Shown here: in pieces, positions 1 through 13,080 of the stretch
How positions within the stretch are numbered: the stretch's first letter is position 1
Layout: each line of letters opens with the position of its first letter
Source of the DNA: Lama glama
Lineage: Eukaryota
Length of the DNA: 64,000 bases
Assembly (NCBI GenBank): GCA_028534125.1
Contig: CM052816.1
Coordinates: forward strand, 83,330,001-83,394,000
Reading direction: 5' to 3'
Notes under the pieces: model-generated
The model's input: only the letters and a program-made list of their open reading frames with translations
The model's database searches: none
Told to the model about the DNA's origin: nothing
Program-made: the position numbers and the translations under genes

Positions 1-1299
1 GAGAATGTTTTATTAAATCTGATTTTTTTTAAATTTCCAATCCTTACGCAGTTCTTGGCATAAAGTTATCCAAAAAGATTTCATAAATGAGTGAATGAAA
101 TCAAAATATGAAAATAAAACTAGACTTATAATAAATATTTAACTGCACAGGTAATGTACTGTACAATTTAATTATTTAATATTATGACTAATTTTCCATA
201 ACCTTTTAAAGTATTATTATCTGTACGTTAGAGGTGGTAGGAGGGGATAAGCCACTAAGATATTAATTAAAAGACCTAAAATTATACAGTGGAGGAATGG
301 TAAGTCTTTCAAACACGCTAATGGGGATCATCTAGAAAACTTAAAAAAATAAAATAAAATGCATGCTATCACAGAAAATATACAAACTTTAAATTCTGAC
401 TCATAATTTGGCTTGTAGTTTGCAGCAACCTGTTGCTACAGAACATAAAATGACAAAGACTAGAAAAATTAAAATAAAGCATCCTTTTTAAATGTATTTT
501 TGTTAATAAATTAGCAAATGTTCACATATATGCTAGCAACACTAAGTGTGGTAAAAGCTGAATTTATTCATTATATAATAAAATATTTTCTTTGGTAAGT
601 ACGTGTATTTTTAAAGTAATAGATGATTTTATGATGAGTTAAATCACAAAAGTATACTGAGGTTCTTAGGAGACAACGATGTAACATTTCAATGAATCAC
701 TTGGCTCCCTTCTCAGGTAAATTTACTTCTGACAAAAACTATAAGATTGATCAGGATAATAATTTCTGATTCTTGCACATCAAACAGGTTTGATCATGCA
801 AAGGAAGATTTTTAACTATTTCAGTCTATGGTTAGATTAAAATAGTCAAAGACTAGATATTTATTCAGAGTGGAAACAGAATACAGAAAGAAAAAGTAGG
901 TAGCCCTGTATAGTTTGGGGAAAAAGTGGTAAGTAAATCATAAATGACTCTACTTAACAAAATCTAATTAAACTTATGGAGAAAGCTTTATTTTGCACCC
1001 TCTTGAGAAGTTCAGTTCAAATGTTTAAACTTTAAAAAAAATTAGTTGGATTGACATTTACATCATTCTGAAAATAAAAAAATATTGTCTACTTCAACCT
1101 TAGATCCCAAGAAACTCAACTAAATTGAAATAAGATTTAGTCTTTCAGGAGTATATAAAGGTGTTTTAGATCTTTGTAACAAATACACACTCCATGGCAA
1201 CATGATATTTTGCTAGTTATTTGTTTAATGCTGTTTTCATGGTATTTCAATTATACTTAGCACATAGCAGATGGTCAATAAAATTTGATAATGTGTCCA

Positions 1300-1560
1300 T
1301 CCTATCATTTATGATTCAACCACAGTTTATTGAGTAGACATTCTTACCTAACTAAGTATGTGCTAGGGCTACGAAATATAAATAAGGTCACAGAGCTTAG
1401 AGTGATGCAGTCAAACAACAGGAAATATAACACATCTTGATGTAAGCTAGAGAAAATTGCTGAGTTTTATAGGCGTACAGAGGAATCTCATTTCAACCTG
1501 CTTATATGACAGGTTGAAAAGAAGCACATTTGGGAGTTGGATGCGGAAATGTGGATGAGT
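1300..1560 (-). mobile_element. L2 LINE 3' fragment, highly diverged
   Basis: tcatttatgattcaacc...tttattgagtagac...tatgtgctagg resembles the reverse complement of the L2 3' tail. Confidence 0.55.
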
Positions 1561-1582
1561 GTGAAGGTTAGGAGGAGAGGAA

Positions 1583-1812
1583 CAGGGGCCAGACTGATGG
1601 GTTTTTATTCCAGCCTTGTTGTTTCTAGCTGGATGACCTTGGGTAAATTATTTAATTTCCTCCCAAATATGATTCCTCATCTCTAGAGGATCGATACCAA
1701 TCAACAGTACCTTTCTAATTTATTTTGCTCTTCTTTTTTTAGAATTAAACAATCTAATGTATATAAAAGACAGAAATATCCTGGCATACGGTAAGCACTC
1801 AAAACATCAGCA
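1583..1812 (+). mobile_element. MIR SINE
   Basis: ctagctggatgaccttgggtaaattatttaatttcc core, ending cctggcatacggtaagcactcaaaaca (MIR core and tail). Confidence 0.75.
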
Positions 1813-3160
1813 TTTCTCCTTTTCTGTGACATTATTCTCATAATAGCAACCAGTATATATTAGATTGGCATCATGTTTTATATTTTGTTTGCTGATGATG
1901 CATATTATATTAGGGTTAAGTGCTGAGATGATGGACTATTTCTCTTTGACTAAGATCACACTCTGGAAGGAAGAAATCCTGAATGAAATAACTGAAACAA
2001 GAATACACAAAAACAGTCGCCCATATATTCAACTGTAGCCTACTGAAAACAAACAACAATAGCAAAAAAGTATAAATTTTAAAATCTGGCTACATATTTT
2101 ATCCAAGTATTTCTCCAAAAAGAGCACTTGTTCTCATTTTATCCCCAAGAAAGAGAGGCAGCAGTGGAAAGTTACCTAGAAGCAATTATGTCTGCAACAC
2201 TATTTTCCTTCTTTCACTAAGGCAGCCTATTAAAGCTTCACTTGTCTTTGTTTTGTTTTGTTTTTATTTAATGTGCAAAATGTGGCTAGTAATACCAACA
2301 CACAGTTTACTTCACATCATTGGTTAAGAATCAAATGAGGTAAAAGACATATTTTAAATCCACTTGAAAATGGTAGATTAAGGCACACAAAAGGCACAGA
2401 GGCAAAACAAATTGTAAACAGTTATTTGGTATTTTTTGTACTCTGTGGGTGGCAACAGCTCCCATTTTGTTTGTTTACTGAATACTTTAAAGTCAAATAG
2501 TATGGTCTAAAAATAATTCCCTCAGATACCTTATTATACACTTTGTCTACTAAAGAATTCTCTGAAATTGCTGGGTTTTGTACACAGATGGCATTTCCAC
2601 ATCCGGAATCTTATTTTTCCAGGTGTGTAACTACGCCATAAAACACTAACTATAAAGGCTATTGCAACAGCCTCTGAGAATACAGCTTAAACTACTCAAC
2701 CTGAAAAATGTACACATATATATAAGTCAGACAAGTCAATTTTGGCAGAAGGAGGCAGGAGGATTATGTGCCGTGTTTACATGAACTACTTGAACGCTGG
2801 CAACTTTGGAATCATTCCACTAGCTTTCATATGATATTGTAACGTTTGCTCCCTGAGGAAACAGGAGGGAAATCTGATACCACCCACTGTCTCATGTACT
2901 TTGCTTTATACAATCAGCATCTTCATTCTGTTTGATACCAGATATACAACTCCACGTTATCTCAGAAGATTCAAGTCTGAAAGAATGTGATAAAAACAAA
3001 TAACCTCTGCTTTTGTTCTAAAAAGTTACCTTTTTTTTTTTTTTGCATTCACCTTTCACCTTTTTTTGTTTTCTAACACAGGCGTAAATATTTATGCATG
3101 CTTGGTGCAACATTATTTTTCAGAGATTTATACTACTTTCTGGATCAACAATTTAAAAAA

Positions 3161-3294
3161 TCTTTTTTTCTTTTGATGGGGGAGAGGTAGGTAGGTTTGT
3201 TTATTTATTTATTTTTGGAAGAGGTACCGGGGATTGAACCCAGGACCTTGTGTATGCTAAGAATGCACTCTACCACTTGAGCTGTACCCTCTCC
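3161..3294 (-). mobile_element. Camelid tRNA-Ala-derived SINE (Vic-1 type)
   Basis: Reverse complement reads ggagagggtacagctcaagtggtagagtgcattcttagcatacacaaggtcctgggttcaatccccggtacc: Pol III A box and intact B box GGTTCAATCCC, then aaataaataaacaaacctacctacc and an A-rich tail. Confidence 0.9.
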
Positions 3295-3399
3295 TAAAGA
3301 ATTTGGTAGTTTAATAAAGATCAAAGGAATTGTGTTACTATGACAAATGTTTCCAAAATATATAGAAAATAAGTCAATATAGGGCACATTCACCAAAAA

Positions 3400-4110
3400 C
3401 AGGCAGAGGACAAAGAACAAATGGGATAAATAAAAACCAAATATCAAGATGGGAGTCTTAACCATGACATATGAATTATTAACTTTATATGCCTGAATTA
3501 AGATTCTCAATGAAAAGGTAAAAACTGTCAGACGAGATGATCAGGTAAGACCACACTACATGTTGCTTGTAAGAAACACATAAAAAAAAAGTGGCTGAAA
3601 TTAAAATGTTGAAAAATTACATACTATGCAAACAGTAAGCTAAAGTAGGCTATAAGGACTAAAATAATATCTGACAAGCTAGATTTCAAGTCAAATGTAT
3701 TAGCGGAGTTTAAAAAGGGCATTTTATAATAAGAAAGGATCAACTGTTCAAGGAGATCTAACAATCCTAAATGTGTACTTATCAACAGAGCTACAAGATA
3801 CATGAAGAAAAATTTGACAGAACTAAAGAAATTAGACAAATCCACAATAAATGTTAAATATCTCAATATTACTCTTTCAGTAATTGACAGAGCAAGTTTA
3901 TAAAAATCAGTGAAGATATAGATATTTGATCAATACTGTGAACCAACTAAAGTTCTCTGGATCTAACTGACCTGACATTTAAAGGACAAATACAACCCAC
4001 CATGGAAGTGTAAGTAGTCCTTTCAAACATTAACTAAGATACGTCATAAAGCGGAACATAAAAACAGTTCTAAAAGAGTAGAAATTAAGTTAAGCAGAGT
4101 ATATTTTCTA
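3400..4110 (+). mobile_element. Ancient L1 ORF2 endonuclease-region fragment
   Basis: ccacactacatgttgcttgtaagaaacaca; aataatatctgacaagctagatttcaag; aaatttgacagaactaaagaaattagacaaatccacaata match L1 EN DNA; many stops and frameshifts. Confidence 0.8.
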
Positions 4111-4139
4111 ACCCGTGTTTATTCCAAATAATTTTGATT

Positions 4140-4307
4140 CATTTTTTGGATTGCTATTTCCACCTGCTTGTTATTTTTTGTTTGGAAAATTGCATGTAAC
4201 TTTTTTTTTAGTACAGGTCTGTTGGAGATAGTTGTCTCATATTTCGTATGTTATAACAATATTTTGTTTTTATTTTAAATGATATCTTAACTGGTTATAG
4301 AATTTTA
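4140..4307 (-). mobile_element. Ancient L1 ORF1 C-terminal fragment
   Basis: tagtacaggtctgttggagatag...ttttaaatgatatcttaactggttatagaatttt resembles antisense L1M ORF1 end. Confidence 0.55.
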
Positions 4308-4693
4308 CTCTGGGAAGCATAGAAGAAAAAGGGAGCATTGGTGAGGAGACCCTCAAACCACAATGCAGGGAGAGAGGAAAAGAAGGTGAACTGGCTAGAA
4401 AGAGCTTCTGCCTGCAATGCAGCTCTGACAAATTATTGGCCAGGGTAATGGGAGCCTCAGAACAAAGATATCCTATTAGAGTCACACATTATGCAGGAAT
4501 ATATGTCTTAGTTCAAGTATCTCCACTATGTGCAGTCACTGGCTGGGAGGAGTCTGGGAAGAGTGTGGTTTGATAAAACGTTCTGGTGGTTCCTGAAGTT
4601 GTGGCAACTGGAGGCTGTCGACTAATTTTACTCTTTCCGATACAGATTCTCTCCTGAAAGAGTTCTGAGTGGAGCACTCCCATAGCTGCCGCA
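4308..4693 (-). mobile_element. LTR16A-like ERVL solo LTR
   Basis: Reverse complement starts tgcggcagctatgggagtgctccactcagaactctttcaggagagaatctg...gacagcctccagttgcc, matching the recalled LTR16A 5' end. Confidence 0.7.
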
Positions 4694-4744
4694 GAAGGAG
4701 ACATCCTTATCCTGATGCACGACATCCTTGTTAAGGCTACAACC

Positions 4745-4842
4745 AGTATCTTCCTTATGATGGAAGACTGAATACTTTCCCTGTGAGCTCAAAAACAAGA
4801 CTCTCTGCTTTCACCTCTTCTATTCAACATTGTTCTAGAAGT
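4745..4842 (+). mobile_element. Short L1 ORF2 RT fragment
   Basis: atgatggaagactgaatactttccctgtgagctcaaaaacaagac...ctttcacctcttctattcaacattgttctagaagt ([12 protein letters not shown] region). Confidence 0.7.
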
Positions 4843-7397
4843 GTTTGTATATATACACACACATATTTTTATGCCATATATATTAATATAAAGGTATATT
4901 ACATCTGATTTCTGATGGGTGCAGTGTTCTCTCTTATCTTTAAGGGTCAAAGTAGTATTCCTTCCCCGTAAATAAACTGACTCTCTCAAATTGTTCTGGT
5001 TTGTTTCCATATTACTTGCTTTCTTGGTCATCTTGATCTTATATGTAAGAATGGAGGTACTAAAAAGCAAGTTCAACGAACAGGCACGTGGGAATACTTG
5101 CCCTCTCTATTTTTACTGTAGATTGATCTTGCTGGTACTTATTGTGGAAATCACTGGTGATAATCTTTCTTAGTTGTTTTTTTTTTTTCCATTTGGTTGA
5201 ACTTCCTAGACATTATAAAGAAGATGCCCATCTCCTGCGTGAAGCATGAACACCTTTGTCCCAGTTAGAACACCACATAGTAGGCAAAGTCCTTGGGGAT
5301 CCCTTACTTCTCATGTTATCAGTATCATCTCTCAACCTTCAACTTTTCCTCTGAGGCAAGAAAATTTGTATTTTTACACTCTCCAGAGTAAAATTCTCAG
5401 TCTTCTCTTAAGTAAAAAAGCTACAATCTCCTGCCTACTTGGAGTGGAGAGAGGATACTTGGGAATAATTTCTTCTCAATTAGACTTTCAACAAGTACAC
5501 CTGCTGTAAAGGTCACCTTCTTTCACCTTTCAAAGTTTACTGCCACCAATTACTATGGCTTCTGGAAGCTCTATGGGGATATATTAACTTCATTCTTAAA
5601 TTTCCCTACTGCTAAATTAAGATTTTTGTCTTGTCAAGCTTACTGCATGTAACCAGAAGGCACTGCTACCTCTTTAATCCTTTTAAAGACACTTAGGCGG
5701 TGGGTGTGTATGCATGCGTATGTAATTTTTCTATCATCCTAAGATTTCGTGCTCTTGGGTTTTACTTTGAGGTTTTAAATCCAACAGCTTGAGTTCTCCT
5801 GGTGCTTTTGACTATTGCTTTTCACTTATCATGAACTTTGTAATTTCTGATTTTGAGCTTGTGAACTTATCTTAATCTGGCCTTTTTTGATTTTCCCCTT
5901 TGTAACTCTGCATGGACTAATGTGTCCCTCCAGAGCAATTTTGTGTTTGATTTCTAGACTCCCGAGGGTTTTCACCACACCAAGATCATTTTTTAATTGC
6001 TACTTTCTCAGCTTGGAATATCCCCATATTATAAGTATAGTGAAATTCATGTTCAAACACTCCAAAGTTGCACGGCTATTCTTTTGATTTCTTGTAAGAA
6101 TTTTTTGTTCTACACACAGTCATGACAAAGGGAAGCTTAATTTTCTCTGGTGACAGCTTTAGTTAGTTCTCCTATCCCTAATACTAACGGCCTTTGATGG
6201 TACCTACTCTATAGAAATTTCACAGGCCTGAAAGTGCATGACTGTTTCATGCACTTTCAATGACTGTTTCAATAACTTCACAGCACTATTGCTATATCAT
6301 ATTATTTACTTCTCTGTCTAGTTCTCAGTGTATTTTTCATTCCTGGCATCTAGTTTCCATTCATTTTCTTTTTTTTTTCTTCCCAAACTACTGCATAATT
6401 GTGTTAATCATGTTTTATCTAAAATCTGGTTTTTGTTTTTCAGGAGAAAAAAATAATTGCAATTGCATTACTTAAGTTCACTACACATTTTAAGTAATGC
6501 TATAAAGAAACTGTAATACATGTCTCTTAACAGTGATATATGTTCATCAAGACAAAAGACTTACTAAATAGGACTGGGGTGTGTGTATTTTCTTTTCTAG
6601 TATTTTCTTTTATAAAAATCTCAAAGCATTCAGTGCTACTGTTGTGTTCATGTCCCAGTCAATCCTTTAGACCTATATTTACATTGGTTATTGGTTTGCT
6701 GCACTAGGCAAAGATTTTCTCAGTCCTCAAAATAAACTTTCTGATTTTTTTCTATCTTCTCATCTGCCTGCCAGGTGGAAATTTTCTAACGTGTCTTAGG
6801 TTATATCTTTCTGCTTGACATTGTGCTCCTAGCTTATCCTTAAGCATACTCTTTGTAATAAACTAAGAAACAATTGCTAGCTTTTCCTACTTTCATGCAT
6901 CTCCTTAGGAATTCAGCATTAGAGGTCTGATTGATTTGTGAGGCTTTTTCAGTTGATCGTGAAGATGGCTCATAGTGACACTTTGAAGCTCCTCAAAAAG
7001 CTAAATGTGACATTGATGGCAAGTCTGTGTTCACAGCAGGAAAGATTTTGTGCTCAGCTCTGCTCTACTGACCCTTCGCTCAATTTGTCCTCTCATGCCA
7101 TAAGCCATGATTGAGAAATAGATGTTGGCTCTCTGTTTTTCAAGTATTTACCACTTGCCAGATATACCACATGACAAGGTTGCCTGAGAAGAAACTTGTG
7201 TAATTTAATGACATTTCTGATTCATAACAGAATCCTTATATTGTCAAGGGTTTGCTTCCAGGTGTATATTATACAAAACAGCAGTTCATCAATTATGTTC
7301 AAGTAAGTGTGTGCATATGTGTGTATATAGCTCCTTATGAAATTATACATATATATTATATATTACAAATAATATATATGTGTGCATATGTCTATTT

Positions 7398-8470
7398 ACT
7401 CCTTTGGTGAGCTCATCTAGTTTTATGGTCTAAACATCATCTATATTCTGACATTTAAATATTTATTTTTTCAAGCCTCATTTCTTTTCTACTCACACAA
7501 ATCCAACCGTCTATTCAATATTTATACCCGACTATCCAATCAATATGTGATAGAAAGCCCAGATTTTCTACTTTCAAAACTTACTGGTTTTATTTCTGAT
7601 TTTTTCCTATACCAGCCTTCCCCATTCTAGGTGATCCCATCCTTTCTATTACTCAGGTGAAAAATCCTGACGTTTCCCTTGACTTTTGTCTATCACAGTC
7701 CCAAACCCAATCAGTCATTAATTTCTGTTGACAAATCATCAAAATACGTCTAAAATCTAAAACTTCTTGACAAACCACTACTAGCACAAGATATTCAACT
7801 GTCTCTCACCTGAATTATTGTCACAGCCCCCTAAGTGTTCTTACTTTCACTTTTTTAATGCTTTCCTCCTCCTACACATTATCAATACTCTATCCAGAGT
7901 AAATTTTTAATAAGTCAGATTATATTGCTGCTCTGCTCAAAAGTCTATGGTTCCCCATGTCACTAGTATAAAATAATTGCTAGGAGCAATCTTATAATAT
8001 TGGCAGTATTATCACAGTTTTACAAACGGAGTAACAAAAGCACCAAAGGGTCCGTTTCTTGACCCATATTACCTGGCTAACAGTGGTAGAATAAGATTTG
8101 AGGCCAGAAGTCTGTGCTTTTAACCACGATAACCTGTTATCTCTCAGCAATAGGTATCTAAGAAGACTTTTGTACCCATTCTCCCTGCTATTTCCCACTG
8201 ACTTCTCTACTTCTACTTTTAGTCTCCCATTTTGTTCAAACTGAACTTGCTGATATTCCCCAAAGATTCCGGGTATTAATTCGGCATCAGGCCCTCTGCA
8301 CTGGCTCTTCCCTTCTTCTAGAGCTCTACTCTACCAGAAATTTGATCGTAAAAGACTACTTTCTCATTCAGACCTATCCTGCCTTTACTAAACATTTAAA
8401 CATCCTTCCCCATGGCCTTACACTGCTGTAGATCCACTCAGTGTTTGTCCATAAACCTATCAGCCTCTAA
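7398..8470 (+). mobile_element. L2 LINE (RT end to 3' region), interrupted by a MIR
   Basis: ctcctttggtgagctcatctag...catcatctatattctgac (degenerate YADD region); ctctcacctgaattattgtcacagcc; tcagattatattgctgctctgctcaaaa. Confidence 0.75.
7990..8130 (-). mobile_element. MIR SINE nested in L2
   Basis: tattatcacagttttacaaacggagtaac...cagtggtagaataagatttgag...gtgcttttaaccac. Confidence 0.7.
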
Positions 8471-8496
8471 CCTACCATTAAATTTACTTCCTAATT

Positions 8497-8671
8497 TTGT
8501 TTGGAATTTTGCTTTATATTTTACTTATTCATTTATTTTTGTTGTTGTTTCTGGGGGAAGTAGGTAGGTTTATTTATTTACGTATTTATTTTGATGGAGG
8601 TACTCGGGATTGGACCTAAGACCTCATGCATGCTAAGCACTCATTCTTTCACTGAGCTATACCCTCCCCTC
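8497..8671 (-). mobile_element. Camelid tRNA-Ala-derived SINE (Vic-1 type) with 18-bp TSD
   Basis: Reverse complement ggggagggtatagctcagtgaaagaatgagtgcttagcatgcatgaggtcttaggtccaatcccgagtacctcc; direct repeat taaatttacttcctaatt at 8479-8496 and 8672-8689. Confidence 0.92.
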
Positions 8672-9079
8672 TAAATTTACTTCCTAATTAATTGCACTTA
8701 GTTTATTTTGGTGTCATATAGAACAGAGAGGAAAAATAAAATTACTGATTTAGGGAATAATGAAAGTTAAATTTTATGTATCTTAGTCACTCTTCAATAT
8801 ATGTACTGCCTTATTCTGAGATTATTGTGAAATATTTACTGACAAATCTAAACTGTGATAAGTGAAAATACATTTGAATTTGTAGCTCAAAGTTAAGGAT
8901 AGATTAAAATAGAAATTTCCAATTTTCTAAGGCTGACTTTAGAGGCAAAAATAAATATAATGAACATTAGCAATTGACATTTTTATTATCATTATCAGCC
9001 TCACTGTTATTTCTTCTCCAAGCAATTTTCACAATATATAACTCCTTTCATAAAAGATAAAAAGCATTTTGAAAGTATG

Positions 9080-9285
9080 CTATTAACAAATATTTATTGA
9101 GCACTTGCTAAATCTTAATATGCTAATATAAGATCTTAATCACCACAAATGCTTATGAGATTCTATTCTATCCCATATTTTTATAAATAAGGAATTCAAC
9201 TTGCAAAGTTTATATGTCTCAAGTTTATCCAGTTAGTAAGTGATATATCTAGAATATAAATTCAAAATTCCCTTCTGACAGAGAA
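9080..9285 (-). mobile_element. MIR SINE
   Basis: aacaaatatttattgagcacttgc...ccagttagtaagtgatatatctagaatataaattc. Confidence 0.65.
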
Positions 9286-10789
9286 TGGCTTCATGGCCCA
9301 CAAACACCCCTGAAATTTTCCCCCTATTCTCATTATTGAGAAATGAAAACTCGTGCACATATCAGTTAATCTAAGAATATTTATTACTGTAGCTAATGAC
9401 CATTTTTATCAAGGAATTATGTACCTTCTTAAATGTTTTTAAATATTGACATAAGTCTAATATAATTATTACTTTTTCTAGTGATTTAACTTCTTTCCAG
9501 GAAATCAAATGTGTTTTCTAATGTACACTGACATGATTTATAAAGGAGATTCAAATGTGAGGAAGTATATGTTGGCAGTCATACACACAATTACAGAAAT
9601 GCAATTAATTCTTGCTCATTTTTATATACTTCTTATGCCCTGAAATTCTATTGAGGTTGTTTTCCCCAGGTATATATTTTATGGTCTCTGATTTTCAAGG
9701 ATATTCCTTGTCAAACTATATCCTCTCAAGTAAGCTTACCTATGGTGGATTGAAGTTTGTAAAGCAGAAAGACTTTTAGCTTCCACAGCGTTTCTTGAAT
9801 GCCACCATAAATTCATTTGGAATACAGCTATTTATTGAACAGACTAATACCTATACATTCATTATTAGCAAAAAGCACCTCTCTGTTCTAAAACTTCAAT
9901 ACTCTATTAATATTAAAATACGTTGTATTTGAATTTATCCTATTTGTAAAAGTTTTTTAAATAAAATTTGAAGAAAAATACAGAATTGAGATTTAAGATT
10001 AACATGTTTCAACTACATTTTCACTTTCTTGCTCTGATTGGAAAATTATATGATTTACAGGTGAGATACTGTGTCATCAAGGAAGGCCCTGCACTTGAGA
10101 AAAAAATATGCATATAGTTTAGCTCACATTAATGTGTATCTTGTCGAGTATAAATGGTTAAAATGTTGAAATCATTCTTTAGAGTCTTTATCCAAGTGAA
10201 TAAGAAAGAAGCTGCGTTATCTTCTTAAAACATAATATTGAGAAAAGTAACTGGGTTAAAACATGATGGGTAACATTACAGAGGATTGTATTCAGAACCA
10301 AATCAACGTAAGACATAGCTGTGATGCCTCAAAAAAAATGTTAATTTTTTTTAAATTAAAAAAAAAGCTACAGTATAGCCAAATATTAAACTAGCAGTAT
10401 AATTGGCTAACAGCAAGTGACCTGTAATTTGCTGATGTGTAACATGGAGATAATGTCCGCCTATCCTTTACAAAGACTTGGTAACATCAAAGGAATTGAC
10501 AAATGAGAAATGCAAACTATTATGGAGAAATTCAACCTCCTTCATCTCTTTGCACTGCCCTTTTTGATGTCGCCTACACCTGTGCTACCAATACTCACCT
10601 CCAAACCCATTCTATTAAACAAAGTAGGCTATTGCAGTTTTACTATATTACATACTATTACCACAACCAATCGAAAACTATCATACCACCTAGCCTGTGT
10701 GCCTGTTTCCCCTTTGAAGGTGTCTCTTCATCTTAATGCATCTCTGTTCTACTCATATCTGTAGCCTATTCTGTACCAATCAGTGTACA

Positions 10790-11215
10790 GACAGGAAAAT
10801 GAAAACACTTTCTGAATGTTTCAAGCACGTAAATATTTAGTCACAAATTATTTCAGGTGGCCTAAAATTGCAAAAAAAAAAAAAAAACAGATTTCACAGA
10901 AACATGAAAGATGTTTCCACCCCAGCTGGAGCCCACAAGTCTACGATGGCATTGGAAGCCTCCCCATTGCACTGCTACCAATGGCACTGGAGCCCCCAGT
11001 TTCCTGGAGGTGCCCAAATCTGCCACTGATTCTTCCACTGCAGTCAAGAGTGCAAAATGAACTTTCCTCTTTTATATTTCCTGCTAATTTTCCATCATGG
11101 AATCCTAAAACAGCAACTGACTAGAAATCAGCTGTTGAAGGAATCTAGGCAACATGGTTTCCAGATTCCCAGGTCCCCTGTGAAAGGGTGGGAGTAGGAC
11201 TTGGGACCAATATAC
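10790..11215 (-). mobile_element. Old ERVL-class LTR (LTR33-like)
   Basis: aactgactagaaatcagctgttgaaggaatctaggcaacatgg...agggtgggagtaggacttggg resembles antisense LTR33-group sequence. Confidence 0.4.
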
Positions 11216-11233
11216 TGTATCTGTCAGAGTGCC

Positions 11234-11650
11234 TGTGCTAGTTTGCTAGGGCTGGTGTGACGAATTACTGCAGACCATGTGGCCTTAAACAACAGAAATT
11301 TATTTTCTCACAGTTCTGGAAACCAGAAGTTCAAAATCTAGGTGTTGGCAGGGTTAGCTCCTCCTGCAGGCTGGGAGGGAAGGTTCTGTTCTAGCTGTCT
11401 CTCCTTGACTTGTAGAGCGCTGTCTCCTCTCTCTCTCACAGAGTCTTCCCTTTAAGTGTGTCTGTGCCCAAGTTTTTCCTTCTTGTAAGGACACAGGTCA
11501 TACTGAATGGGCCCATCCTAATGACCTCATTTTAATTTGATTAAGTCTGTAAAGATCTTATCTCCAGATAAAGTCACATTCTCAGATACTGTGGATTAGG
11601 ACAACCTACAAGAGTGTCCCAATGTGGGAAGTACATAAATGACTCATAGC
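11234..11650 (-). mobile_element. MLT1B/C (ERVL-MaLR) solo LTR
   Basis: tgtgctagtttgctagggctg...cttaaacaacagaaatttattttctcacagttctgga...aaggacacaggtcatactg...atgacctcattttaatttgatta...aaagtcacattctcagatact. Confidence 0.9.
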
Positions 11651-12899
11651 CCATATGGGGGCTTATTAAACTTCTCTATTTCTTTTTCCTCTACTCTAGA
11701 ATAAAATCTTATTTTCTCTTTAACTTTGTCTAGTAGTCAGGTGCTTGATTCATCAGTCTCAATATACATCAGTTGGTCAATTGTCATCGACTGACTGAGC
11801 TAAACATTTAAAATTAAACACCTCCAAAACTAGAAGTCAGTTTGCATTTCAAAGTTATTCAACATTGGTGTCCTATGTTGACTATCCTATGAATTTGCTC
11901 AAGATAAATCCACTGATACATCAGACACTGATTTTACGTAGACACTGAACTGTTGCCCATTGAAGACAGAAATTCAAATGAGTGTGTTACTCCTTCAGAA
12001 AGCTTATATTCAACAGGACGACAAAGCTAAATCAACAATTTTTTCAAAGCTTAATAATTGCTTTTTGATAAATCACATGCTTTGGGAGTAAGGTGGGTTG
12101 ATCAGAGAGCTCATCTTTCTACAGTATTCATTTCTACCCCCATATATTCACCATGATGCTCAACCCACCACAAACATCCTCCACTTTACTCTCTACGTAT
12201 ACAATATGTATCCATCAATTCTTAAGTTATTCATCCCTTCATCTCTAAACACTAATATGTGCTAAGTTCCCTACCACAGTGCTTGAAGTTTCTATATTTC
12301 CCTCCATTCGTCTCTCCTGTTTTCCATTCTGCTTCAACCTCTCAGCTTCTAACTTCTTTCCTTCCTCACATTATTTTAACAAATTCATAGTAACTGCAGT
12401 CAGTTTTGCTATAATGTGACATATGTGCTGATAAAAATTAATGTGTCATCCAAAATTATGCCATAAAGACCACAAGGCTTTGGGGAAAATGAGATTTAGG
12501 TTTCCATTAGAATACTTACAATCAGAATTTAGTCATGTATTTTCCTTTGTGCCTTGTATAATAAGATTTGTATATATACATTTTATTTTTAGTGTCAGTA
12601 ACTCATTCTGAGTTTTCTTCCATTAATTTAATCATTCTTTTTCAATGAGTATTGATTTTTAAATTTTATAACCATATATGTCCATTAAATTACATTAAAT
12701 TTTGTTGTTTTGAAATGCTCCTTTTGTAAAAATTCAAGGAAAAAATCATTTCTGTTCACAATTCTTTCCTCCCAGAGAATAAGCCACCTAGACAGCACAG
12801 GGCTCATATTGTTTTATCCAAGTGCCATTATCTTACATATACATATGCTGGATAAATCTGAAAACAATCAGAGTATGAATAAATTAAGAAAGAATAAAC

Positions 12900-13080
12900 T
12901 GTGTTTGTTAAGGAGGATTGCCATTAGGGTCAGAAACCTGCTTATCCATTCTCCTCCTCCCCCCCAAATCAGACATACATGTTAAATGAGGATAACAGTA
13001 GTATCATCTTTAGTCTTGAAAATTAAATTAATATCAAACAGGCAGAGTAGCATCTGACAGTGTAGATTCATAAATGCTGT
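12900..13080 (+). mobile_element. MIR fragment
   Basis: atgttaaatgaggataacagtagtatc...tctgacagtgtagattcataaatgctgtcatcaccatc. Confidence 0.45.

Noticed and set aside
3220..3294. Possible tRNA-Ala gene (also 8597-8669)
   Set aside because: The tRNA-like head has broken stems and is followed by a SINE body and A-rich tail; the second copy has a TSD
6953..7114. 53-codon open frame after tttttcag (LIVKMAHSDTLKLLKK...)
   Set aside because: Weak polypyrimidine tract, no recognisable protein, and length within chance expectation
10560..10760. Possible NUMT (C/A-rich strand bias)
   Set aside because: No mitochondrial gene motif recognised; more like a decayed L2-type tail
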